Source of the DNA: Octopus bimaculoides
Taxonomy: Eukaryota
NCBI RefSeq assembly: GCF_001194135.2
Contig: NC_068989.1
Location: forward strand, 25,576,978 to 25,612,926
Reading direction: 5' to 3'
Length of the DNA: 35,949 nucleotides
The translations under genes were made by a program, and so were the position numbers. Shown piece after piece: positions 11,190-22,638 of this stretch (within the stretch, counting starts at the first letter, position 1; the number at the start of each line of letters is the position of its first letter). Below the pieces are notes generated by a model, which had not been told where the DNA came from, searched no databases, and worked only from the letters and a program-made list of their open reading frames with translations.

Positions 11190-12829
11190 GAATACATCGA
11201 GACCGATAAAAAACTGCTCCGGAGTTTATCCAAAAACATCGGAAATAAAGACATCACATGGAGCCAAAAATAGCTGACAAAGGGTTGGACTATATCCGAG
11301 TAAGTAATACTCATTGAAATTTATTTTTATTTTCCAAATGAAATTATGTGTTTTAACTGGATATCATCGCACAGCACATGTAAACATGCTCGATACATTA
11401 CGATCCATCTACACCAGACCATTTCCGGCCCCAAACACCATGTACAAAATAATTACAAATAAATTAAACAATACTGGTATTATTCAACCCAAGAATAACA
11501 ATCGGGAAGTGCGTATTTTAAACTTGTTACACAAAACGAACGAGAAACTACACGTGCAAAACAGTTTAACAACAGAAATGAACGAGCGGTACCCTACGAA
11601 AATGATAATCGTCAAAATAAAGGGACGGACGTTGTTCCTCATGTCTTGCAAATAAAACCAAAAAGGCATAAATGGACACGTGAGGAATATATTTCAATCC
11701 TACACGCTTATGTTGCAGGAGTGCTCTACCCAAAGAACGAAAACTCAACAACATATACATATAAAATATGGAAGAAAAATAACCTAAATAACCTAATAAA
11801 CTATATAACATACGAAGATATATTCTCAAAGCAAAAAAAAAATATATCAGAAACAGAACAATTAAAATGAAAAATACACAAGGAAAATGTAGATAGTAGC
11901 TACACAATGCCAAATAATATAAACACTGAAATAGTAAAACAAGAAGACAAACGTAACATTTCCAACAATAACGAAGTAAACAAAAGACAATAAACCCAGA
12001 CCGTAGAGATGTATAATAATGTACAAAAAGCACCAATCCAGAACACCACAGGCAAACATATAAATGAGAAGGAAGGGGAAACAAATCTAGAGCCTGGAAA
12101 CTGAAGGGGAACCTAATGATTACGATACTATAAAAATGAGAATAATCAAAGAACTGAAAGCCACAGTCTCAGAATGGACCACCGATTATATCTTCCAAAA
12201 ATCAAAATAGACAATAAAACAACATCAATAATAAATAGCATAAAACTGGCCGTCACGGAACTAATAGCGACAGAAACAAATGGCAATATCACTGAGGTAA
12301 ATGACATAATATATGCATCCGCCACTGCAGCCACAAAAGACGCAGGATACTCCTTCAAAACCATCCAAACAGGAGATCCACCACCCAAACAAACTCTGTG
12401 GATAAATAATCTCCACCCCCCCCACCAAAAAAAAAACCCAAAAAAGAGAAAAGATCTGTCGATTCTTAATGAAATTCGTTGACAATCAACACTACTAAGT
12501 AACAAGAAGAAAACAAAAATACTGTGGAAATACAATATTACATAAAAAGATTTACCTGAGGCAAAAGAAAAGCTAAAGCAAGATATCCTTGCTAAAGCAC
12601 AAAGGATCCGCTGGTATGAGAAACGTCAGCGTTTCTTTGAACAAAACAAAGAGTTCAACTCCAACCACCAAAATTTCTATCAAGAACTTGGCAAAAAGAA
12701 AATAGACAGTACTGCAGCAGCAACAGCAGAAGTGGAAGAATTTTGGAAAGAAATATGGTCGGTGAAGTAACAAGGCACAGAGAGCTGCGCTCAGTAGTGA
12801 AGTGAAAGCACGCTATAAAAATAAAACTA

Positions 12830-12865
<36 letters not shown>
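11188..12865 (+). mobile_element. R4/Dong-like RLE retrotransposon, 5' portion only (element 3), head-to-tail with element 2
   Basis: KRHKWTREEYISILHAY...TYKIWKK (Myb-like N-terminus); ITEVNDIIYASATA; KEKLKQDILAKAQRIRWYEKRQRFFEQNKEFNSNHQNFYQEL; EVEEFWKEIWS. Coding homology stops near 12770. A ~60-bp segment and (AAT)n at 12833-12865 follow. Confidence 0.82.
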
Positions 12866-13052
12866 CCTTTCTACTAAAGGCACGAGACCCGAAATTTTGG
12901 GGGAGGGGACTAGTCAATTACATCGACATTAATACTCAACTGGGACATATTTTATGAACCTCAAAAGTATGCAAAGCGATGTCAACAATGTCGTCGGAAT
13001 TTGAACTCAGAATGGAAAGACATATGGAACGCCACGAAGTATTTTGTCGTGT
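12866..13052 (-). mobile_element. tRNA-derived SINE family A, diverged copy
   Basis: Shares cctttctact..aggcac.ag.cccgaaatttt and cggaatttgaactcagaa (B box GAGTTCAAATTCC on the minus strand) with the other copies. Confidence 0.8.
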
Positions 13053-14084
13053 GTTGTAAAATGAGACACTCCGACGGTTTCGATGACAAGAGCTCCAATG
13101 GATCTAATCAACAGAACTTCCTGTTCGTGAAACTGAGAGTTAATTTTTTTAGTCTATTATTATATGTGACTTTTGCCTGAAGACTATCTTTCAGTAATTC
13201 TCAACACTTGTAACTATTAGTAGAACTTACAGTCATGTATTGCGCCCTTTAAATATATATACATATANNNNNNNNNNNNNNNNNNNNNNNNNNNNNNNNN
13301 NNNNNNNNNNNNNNNATATATATGTTTGTATGTATGTATATATGTATGTATGTATATATACAAACGCACACACTGACATACACATACATAGAGATATATT
13401 TATATATGTCGTTTTTGCCTTTCAAATAATAGAAGAAAATAAATCATATAATGATAGATGAGTAATTTTTTTTAATTGTTATATTTCGCTTTTTCACGTG
13501 TACACATTTCTAATATCTCTTAAATCCGCTCTATACCCACTGGAGCAAATATATCCATGCAGGTGGTACAGCAAGGAGATATATAGTTCTACCATAAAAT
13601 ACATCTCAACCCATATGCTTATACTTATAGTGTTCCCTTTATGTGAATCAGTGACATAAAGAACTCCACTTTTGTATGAATATATATTTCAGTCTTACTA
13701 GTAACTCTTCCTATAATATTCACATACAAAGGGTTCAGCTTTATTTACAAAGGATTAAAATCTCCTGTAGTGGCGTCTTAATTGTTAAGGGATAATGTGT
13801 TAATCCTGTGAATACACTATATCGGGTGTGATTTCTTTTCACTAAAGCCCCTGGAGTTTCAAATATAGGCAGCTACATGCATTTTATTTTGCGGTTGAAA
13901 ATAATGATGTTTCTGCCAGTTAGCAAGCTGTTATTTCAAAACCATGTGGCTATTGCTTTTATGATTTCCTCGTGTAAAGATAAACAGAATCGTTCTCCGC
14001 TAAAGCGCTTTGAGGGTTAATAGACCACCGTGAATTATGGAAAATGTTCCATGGTTAGTTTCTATATCGTCACAACATATTTAT

Positions 14085-14165
14085 TTAAAATTTTGGCAAG
14101 ATCTCGGGAAGAGGTAAGTCGATTATATCGACCGCATTGCTCAACTTATTTTATCGAGCACGAGA
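14085..14165 (-). mobile_element. SINE family A, old fragment
   Basis: aaattttgg...agtcgattatatcgacc...ttattttatcga matches the central part of the other copies. Confidence 0.6.
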
Positions 14166-15999
14166 AGAATTGTTACAATATATTCGCAAACAATATGGGC
14201 TGAAAAATGTTCCAAAAGAAAATTTTATCAGTAATTTAACAAACGAAACTATCATTTCTATTCAAACGCTGCTTTCAAAATATTACAAACATCAAAAGAA
14301 AAGCTATATTTCTTATTGGGGATTTAAAGTAATTTTTAATTAATTTTTACTTTAATTCGTAATAGTGTCATCGCAAAGTTAGAAAAACTTTTTTGATAAT
14401 ATATTTTATTTACAGGTAAGAAAATAGTATTGTTAATAAATTTGTTAAAATTTCAAGATATTAATTGAAAATATAGCGAGTTGTTTGACCAATTGAAAAT
14501 ATATTATTCTGTCTGAAAATTAATATAATATGTATATTGATAAAACGTATATTGAAAAGATGAAAGCATTACACATTATCAATTATGTTAAGATTTGATA
14601 GGCATTTTTCTGTATTAGTTTCATGTTGTCTTCAAGATATTCGCAGTTCAGTGAAACAGAGCTGGTGCCTAAACAATTAATACTTTCACACAACGTCAAA
14701 TGTCCATACCAAAGGTATGGTCTTAACTAATGTTGTATCTATTAAAACACTTTTTAAACTATATTTTAAGTTTGTCTTCGCAAGGAACATTATTTTCTCA
14801 TTACTTTGACTAAAGTTGTCGTTGGTTCTCCAGTGATTTACAAATTTCTCCCTTAGCAAGAAAATATAAATATTTGTCTTCGCAAATTCCTTCACTAGCT
14901 GTTTCTCTACATTCTTTCATAACTCATGGGTTTCCATTTTTATATTTCTAAGATAATTCATTCCTGACAGCAATTACAGATAATTCAGCCTAGTTTACGA
15001 GGAAACAATTACATTATTTTTCGTATGTGAACCAGTGCGTGTGTTTATTACCGGCATAATGCCTCTCCCAAGGTTTAATTGAATTACATTATTATTCTAT
15101 TTATTAGAAGTAACAACCAACGATTCTCCAATGATATATGTTACCAGCATATATATAGAAAGGACACGTTAGATAATGTAACCGATTCTATATACGCTTG
15201 CGAAAACTTGGTGGAAAGAATTAGAATAGTTTTGATTATAAATCTGTTAAGTCACGGTTGATCAACATGAAGATAAAAAACAACATCACAACCGCGTCCT
15301 GTGTCTGAATGATGTAAGTGAAATTCATTATATCGTACCCAGGTAACTGATTTGTAGACAAACAATCCCTTGATGCATTCTTTCCGATTTCACACTCACT
15401 TATGTAACACAGTTTTTCAGATGTCAGTTTCTCAGGAATGTGAAATGTGTGAAAGTATTTAGTCACCGAAGAGGTCGGACAAGGGCTGGAAACCTTAGAT
15501 ATACCACAAGGTGGCTACACTATGTCTTGGACATAGGTCTGTACTTATTCTTTTACCTACGAAAACAATTGATACAAAACAGTCAGCAGCTGCTACTTCC
15601 TTCGGAGTAAGCGACAATTCTCAGCAGGGGTTCCTGTTCACTTTACTCAAAATAAACATCAATTATGAACGTTAAAGTCCACTCAACTTATCCTCTGTTT
15701 TCGCATTTATGCACAGGTTATATACTAACAGACTGCGTATGACAGGATATTTCTTACACAATATCTTGAAAAATGTCAGATAACCTAACCACACACTGTA
15801 ACCTGATTTAGCATTGATAGTTGGTCACTGCCGATAGATTAGAAGCCATTTTTCTTACAACAGGTTTAGCATGAAGTCAGTGACAAAAATGTCTATTTGA
15901 TCCGCTTTGCAACATTTTCTAATCAATGCATTTCTTAAATCTCGTCTCAATTTGCACAAGGGACATATATATCACCTCAGGTCCATTTGATGTCATTAT

Positions 16000-16212
16000 T
16001 CTTGACTACTCTAGGCACAAGGCCCGTAACAGTTGATGATGGATCCAGTCGATTAGATCGACCACAGTACGCAAGTGGTACTTAATGTATCGACTCCGAA
16101 CGAATGAAAGGCACAGTCGACCTCGGTGGAATTTGAACTCAGAATATAAAGACAAAGGTCATACCACTAAGCATTTCGCCCGGCGTGCTAACGTTTCTGC
16201 CAGCTCGCCGCC
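16000..16212 (-). mobile_element. tRNA-derived SINE family A, full length
   Basis: Minus-strand head ggcggcgagctggcagaaacgttagcacgccgggcgaaatgc (A-box-like), B box gagttcaaattcc, central gtcgactgtgcctttcattcg, tail ccttgtgcctagagtag. Confidence 0.9.
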
Positions 16213-17479
16213 TTCCGTTTGATTTGATGTACTTAATTGCAGGCGGATTTTGCATACAACAAATGCCAAATTTTCAACAGTATTAACCGTACAGATTATC
16301 ATTATCAAACCACTGGACCAGTTAGCTTCATCGCCGTATTTATGATTAAGACATTAAGTTTCAAATTAAACTTTTGAAACTAGTTGATGACATTTCTACA
16401 ACTATCCTTGTACACCAGATTTCAAACGGTTTACAATATTATTCCGAACTCTCTGATCATTAGAAATTGGATCTAATGAAACCAACACATATAAAATCAG
16501 TCACTGGGAGTCTTGGTTTTTGAAGTTATATGAATTGTTGGAGTACCGCTACCTTTAATCGAAATACTGCCGACAACATATGTTTATCTTTTGGCATCAA
16601 TCCCCAAATGTCTATGGTGAATCAAAGCCAAATTTTGTTTACCCGTTTATTAGTACCAAAGTGATTTAAACTATAACTGTCTTCCGATGTAACACTGCAT
16701 CGACTCTGATGGTCATTCCAGAAGATGAAATCAAGTAGAGGTGCATCACGCATATTTTTTCACTCATGAATTTGTAGAAACCTATCTAGGTCTTTGATGA
16801 GAGCATTTAACAAGATTTGTTGAACACTACCCACCGACGAAAAGATTTGACAATAAATTACCACTCAGTTTTGTTCACCAGTTCTTTACTACCAAAGTGA
16901 TCGAGACCATAATTGTCTCCTGATAAAATATTGCATCGACTCTGGAAGCATTCCACACTGTAATCATTCATCAATGTTTTTGTTTGCAATTCTCCTCCAT
17001 TCTATTTGATAAACATCTACAAAAACATTCACCACATGCGAAATCTCGCTCACTGTGACATGACAAGATGAAGATCCGAGACATGACAAGATGAAGAGTC
17101 TCCGTTTGTAACACTATAAAAGTATCATATTTCCTCGCCTCCGAGGTTATTTATCCTAATGTACAGAAGCACATGATTTTTCATGGAACGGCCGTCTACA
17201 CAATGTAACTCCTCAAAATGAATTTCTGTTTAAATAATCCCAAACGCTAACCATCTTTATCATTAACAGATAAATTAAACTATTCCCTCAAGACTTACAA
17301 AATCTTGATGAACAGGGGAAGAGGAGAAGGACGTCAACGAGAATATGTAAGTTTAATTTATTTCAACAGCTTAACTACATATTCGATTCGGAAAATGCCA
17401 TGGATCACAATGTCTAATCACATCTATTATTTTACATTTCTACAATAGCTGCCAAATACTGGGTTTTTTGTTTTTTCAG

Positions 17480-17506
17480 AGGCATAAATTGCATTTGTCC
17501 TAATTT
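17480..17506 (+). CDS. Candidate 27-nt microexon (open in phase 2: x-GINCICPN-F/L)
   Basis: Acceptor ttttttgttttttcag, donor gtaagt (17507-17512), length divisible by 3, one open frame. An upstream gtaagt at 17347 defines a 133-nt intron. No homology recognised. Confidence 0.35.
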
Positions 17507-18800
17507 GTAAGTGATCCTTTACAAAACATAGGAATAACCAACTCATTTACAGCTCTACTCACACAGATCAGATCGTATTACAGTTATACACTTAATATGT
17601 ACAGAGATCATTTAAACGCACCCTGTTCTGTTTATTCGCAAATAATAGCACTTCATCAATTGACATACAATATATTACGGATGAGATATTTCTTGTGCTG
17701 AAATCAATTTACATTTGTGAGAAATTACATAATTTTTTTTCAAAAGTTTGAAAAATAAAGCGAAGAAATATTGAAGTAACTGTCATTTATTTATTTAAAA
17801 TAAATAATTCACACTACATCACTTACATATAAAGTGGAGAGATGTGAAATCTCATGACATAAAACACAAATGAAAACGATATTCAACTAGAGCGAATAAA
17901 TAGACACGAGTAGACAGAATTTAGTCATATATAAAATGAAATATGCCAAAGTTTGAGAAAAACTACAACGGAAAGTTATGTGGAAATAGTGTACTGAAAG
18001 AGTAGGGAAAGCCAACAGAAAATCAGCAGAAAATAAAGATGGGGCAATGTGCCATGTTTAGAATGATAATTCAATGAGTGTATTGTTTAAATGACGAAAC
18101 AATTGGAGGCTAATATGTCGTTTCCAAAGTGATAATCTCTCATAGTATAAATACTAACATGCATGCACACATACATATACACACTCATTCATTTTCTCAA
18201 AAAGGAGTTGGTCAGCAACTATGGCATTTCGGCTACTAACCACCTATCGCTTATCGCATATACAGCTTGTAAGCCGTCGACGTTTTTCTTAAAAAGTAAA
18301 TATGTACTCTAATAACAAGTGTTCACAAAACTTTCAATTTAATTTTTTTTAGATATATAGAACTTCACGTGAAAAGAAAAAGTTTCCACTACGTGTGAAC
18401 ACGTTTATATATANNNNNNNNNNNNNNNNNNNNNNNNNNNNNNNNNNNNNNNNNNNNNNNNNNNNNNNNNNNNNNNNNNNNNNNNNNNNNNNNNNNNNNN
18501 NNNNNNNNNNNNNNNNNNNNNNNNNNNNNNNNNNNNNNNNNNNNNNNNNNNNNNNNNNNNNNNNNNNNNNNNNNNNNNNNNNNNNNNNNNNNNNNNNNNN
18601 NNNNNNNNNNNNNNNNNNNNNNNNNNNNNNNNNNNNNNNNNNNNNNNNNNNNNNNNNNNNNNNNNNNNNNNNNNNNNNNNNNNNNNNNNNNNNNNNNNNN
18701 NNNNNNNNNNNNNNNNNNNNNNNNNNNNNNNNNNNNNNNNNNNNNNNNNNNNNNNNNNNNNNNNNNNNNNNNNNNNNNNNNNNNNNNNNNNNNNACACAT

Positions 18801-19034
18801 ATTATTTCTTTACTATCCACAAGGGGCTACACACAGAGGGGACAAACAAGGACAGACAAACGGATTAAATCGATTATATCGATCCCAGTGCGTAACTGGT
18901 ACTTATTTAATCGACCCCGAAAGGATGAAAGGCAAAGTCGACCTCGGCGGAATTTGAACTCAGAACGTAGCGAGCAGACGAAATACCACTAAGCATTTCG
19001 CCCGGTGTGCTAACGGTTCTGCCAGCTCGCCGCC
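18801..19034 (-). mobile_element. tRNA-derived SINE family A, full length, alternative 3' tail
   Basis: Same head and core (gtcgactttgcctttcatcctttcggggtcgattaaataagtaccag). The tail is ccgtttgtctgtccttgtttgtcccctctgtgtgtagccccttgtgg instead of the tail of the other copies. Confidence 0.92.
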
Positions 19035-20354
19035 ACATATATATATATATGTGCGTCGGTGTTCGATAGAATTGTCTTAGATCGATATTATTATTTTTTT
19101 TATTTTATAAATATATGTGTGAGATATAATTTGTGTTTGCTATATCTCCAAATTTGGTAATTTGGGGTGGTGTGGAAAGGATGTTGTTCATGCACCCAAT
19201 TATAAAAGGCAAACCTCATGACAATAGCGCAAATCAATCAGTTTCAACGTGATTCATTATTCACTCAAGTTATAAAAGTGTGTGCATCAAAGGAAATCAA
19301 TATTATATAATACTTTGTAAAAGCATCCTTTATTTTCACCAACAGAGATCTGATAATCATATTAACGAATATTGTTCTAAAGGAGAGATGCTTTAGTGCA
19401 GAGCTGAGGTAATCAAAATGTCAAGTACGACATCATTCGCTTCAACCTCTTGTTCTTCATTAGAAGTATTCACAAAATAGGATAATTCTGCAGTGTAAAA
19501 TTGACTATATGGCATATACATATTGATTCGTTTAATACTGAAGCACCCAAAATATTACCCTTCCATTTAATTTTTACCAGCTAGTTTCTATGTTGGATTA
19601 CAAAACATGTGTTCATAACTCTGGTGTATTATCGATTCCTTCCTTACAATATACGGCTTGAGCTACAGTTTATAGAGGACGTGAAATATGATGTGTAATG
19701 CCCACAATATTGAAGAGAGTATTTGCAGCGGAAATGAAATTTGACGTGAAAAATATCTGAGGATAAATCAATAAATAAACTTGAAATAGAAAGGTCTTCC
19801 TCGTCGGCGTTCAAAAATACAAGGGAACGAGTTGCAAACGTCCGGAAGCCCATTCCGGCTGAATTGCTCTGCTGCAATTTGTTTAACGAAATTTATGTTC
19901 ATGATGGTAATTTGGTGTTATCACAAATGGTCCTATAATATATGCTATTAACAACTTTATCTATGACCTCTACGTTGGTTTATAGGCCATTTTAAAAAAT
20001 ACTTTTCATGTTTTATTTACTTAACTGCCTCCCTACTGGATTACCAGTCTATATTTTACTTAGGTATATCACACATTTTTAATACTTATTCTAGCGTTTT
20101 CTTTCTGAATTCCAAAGCAAAAATACCGTTTTTTTTTTAACCCTACCCATCAAAACTTCTGTCAGAGTGTGAATAAAATACTCTGGTATGTAGCTTATAA
20201 AGAGGAAATCTTTACGTGACTGGAGAGGGTGAGGTAGCGGAAGGAGATTATAGTAGAGCGAAATGCTGAAGAATGGAGAGATAAGGAAAAGGGTGTCATT
20301 ATGTTTTATCTTTTAACATGTTATGAATGAGATAAGGATATTTTATTTTAATCT

Positions 20355-20460
20355 ATATTTAGTTAAACGACAGGGTTCCGATACAAAACTCATTAAAGGG
20401 CCTATTGTTAATACCTTTCAATGAATTTTGTGTCGGAACCTTGTCGTCTAACTGAATATA
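20355..20460. repeat. Inverted repeat with ~45-bp arms and a ~13-nt spacer
   Basis: tatatttagttaaacgacagggttccgatacaaaactcatt versus the reverse complement tatattcagttagacgacaaggttccgacacaaaattcatt. The mismatches are transitions. Confidence 0.9.
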
Positions 20461-20500
20461 AATGATCATAAAATAAAATAATCGTATACGCTGCGCTATA

Positions 20501-20950
20501 TTGTAACTCCGGTAAATGAACACGATGTTCCACCGAAATATGTCCCGAGTAGGTGTAATTGTGTAGAATAATTGAACCATTTAGTTTAAATATAACCTCA
20601 TCACTTCAAACACTCGTAGTTGGAAAGTATGCATCTTGTACACATCTTCCGAAGTCCGACTGGCAGAAACCTACACGTCGGTCCGGATCGTCTTTGTTGA
20701 GAGTAAGGCTTATATTTGGAAAGTAACTTTTCGAATAGCAGTGCTTCAGAATACAATGAGCGCTTCATTTTGAAACTCTCCTCTCTCAACTCGAATAACT
20801 CATTGATTTTATTGAATCCTAGCAATATATTTCTACTTCCATTTCTTGCTTTGCTGTATTCGCTGACGTCCGTGGTCTTCTGGAAGTTTTCCTGTGGATA
20901 TTCTGAACAGTTCTAATGACATCAAACTTATTGCTAATCCGAATCTTACA
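20501..20950 (-). pseudogene. Tc1/mariner-superfamily transposase remnant (N-terminal half, to just past the first catalytic D)
   Basis: One frame with 4 stops: KIRISNKFDVIRTVQNIHRKTSRRPRTS...VSK*SAHCILKHCYSKSYFP...LNKDDPDRRVGFC...V*SDEVIFKLNGSIILHNYTY. This matches the GRPRTS...DDPDRRVEFC...WSDEATFKLNG.VNRHN pattern. No TIR pair identified. Confidence 0.8.
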
Positions 20951-22056
20951 CCCTCCATACAAACACACTCACCCGCACCTACACCCACATACCAACACGC
21001 ACACACTCATAAACACTCGCACACACACACATACATACACGCAATGATAAATCGCGTATGTGTATGTGGATCTATTAGCCACTTCGTCTTTAACTGTCTT
21101 AGCTCTTCGACAGTGTTTGAAACTTTCAGTGCAACTATTGGAACAAAATATATTATATAAATCTAATTTCTAAATCTAGTTTCAATGTCGACAGATTTTA
21201 ACCGTCATATTCTTTTGTAAGGAAATGCAATATATTTGACGTCTGTATCGCTTCTTCTATACTTGACGAATAGACTTTCACTCACAAAGGTTCTTAGAAC
21301 GCTAGCACGTAATCAACCACATGTTAATTTATCAGGATTAAGTCAACCTTTCTTCGATGGGGAGCATTAGGTTTTAATGCCTGATATGGAGAGCATTAAG
21401 CTTTCATGCCTGTTACCTGTTATTTTTGATGTGTGTATTACAGCGAGCATATGTTGCCATTGCATTACACTATGAATATGGCTTCTGTTATTCAACTTCT
21501 AGTTTTGTAATGAATTTTATATAGTATGCAACCATTATCCTCTTGAATGTTTTGTGTTTGTTCCTCGTTGTAAATAAATTATGACCCTAAAAGAGAATCT
21601 GGCAGGTTAATCATTCATTTTACTAGCCTTCATAATGTAACAATGGATACCTGAAGTTTACAAATTTACCAATCAAATTTGCGGATTATGTTGGTAATTC
21701 TGTGAAGTTTTTTCTCTAGGGTCTTCTGTCGGGACCAGAAGACAAATACACTTTCAACTAATGATGTAGCCTCTGACAATTTAGTGTTGTGGTGGCATTC
21801 ACTATCTCCATATAAATGTATTGCATGAAGTTGATTCTTTGCTGTATTCCGACGTAATGTTTCTATTTTTACCAAATGTCTGGTGTATGACATATCCATA
21901 TACATTTATAAAAGCACTATAATTTCCATGAAGCATTGGAATGTGTAAAGATATTGAAAAATACAGGCTTGTAACGTTTGGATTATTTTCTACCATACGT
22001 TTCATAAAGGAAATTTTCCCAAAATACTTGTTTTAATTTTTGGCACTTGGTTAGCA

Positions 22057-22163
22057 ACATCGTGGTAGGGGTCAAGTCAATTACGTCACTCCTAATACTC
22101 AAGTGGTACTTATTTAATCGATTTCGAAATGTTTAAAGACGCCAACCTTGGTGGAATATTTCC
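22057..22163 (-). mobile_element. Old SINE family A fragment interrupted by a younger copy
   Basis: gtcaattacgtcac..ctcaagtggtacttatttaatcga...ccttggtggaat is a degraded core immediately left of the next copy. Confidence 0.6.
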
Positions 22164-22172
22164 CAAAATATT

Positions 22173-22385
22173 CTTTTCTACTCTACGTACAAGGCACGAA
22201 GTTTTTAGGTACAGGGCCAGTCGATTAGACCGACCCTAGTACGCACCTGGTACTTACTTTATCGACCCCAAAAGAATGAAAAGCAAAGTCGACCTCGGTG
22301 GAATTTGAATTCAGAACGTAAAGACAGACAAAATATTGCTAAGCAATTCGCACGGCGTGCTAACGTTTCTACCAGTTCGCCGCCT
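22173..22385 (-). mobile_element. tRNA-derived SINE family A, full length, 9-bp TSD
   Basis: Head, core and tail are all present. caaaatatt occurs at 22164-22172 and 22386-22394. Confidence 0.9.
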
Positions 22386-22529
22386 CAAAATATTAAACGA
22401 ACTATGTAGCATGTATGTAGCTTATTGGCACTGCCATAGATGTTTTCCTATTTATTGGAATTGCAGTTCATATTTTGATAACTTCACATATCTGAATATA
22501 AATATATGCATATATTTTTATGCATTTAC

Positions 22530-22530
22530 T

Positions 22531-22561
<31 letters not shown>

Positions 22562-22562
22562 G

Positions 22563-22593
<31 letters not shown>

Positions 22594-22638
22594 ACACACA
22601 CGCACACACACACACTCACACACGCACACACACACACA
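22530..22638. repeat. (CA)n microsatellite
   Basis: Read directly from the sequence. Confidence 0.95.

Noticed and set aside
15236-15466. 76-aa ORF with a faint resemblance to the Crypton/DUF3504 IGKN motif
   Set aside because: One short motif with no supporting residues or context.
19644-19877. 77-aa minus-strand ORF with a possible acceptor and a GTAAGG donor
   Set aside because: No recognisable homology, weak pyrimidine tract and no partner exon. It cannot be excluded without RNA data.
20601-20825. 74-aa ORF that looks like a host exon
   Set aside because: It is an alternative frame of the Tc1/mariner transposase remnant.
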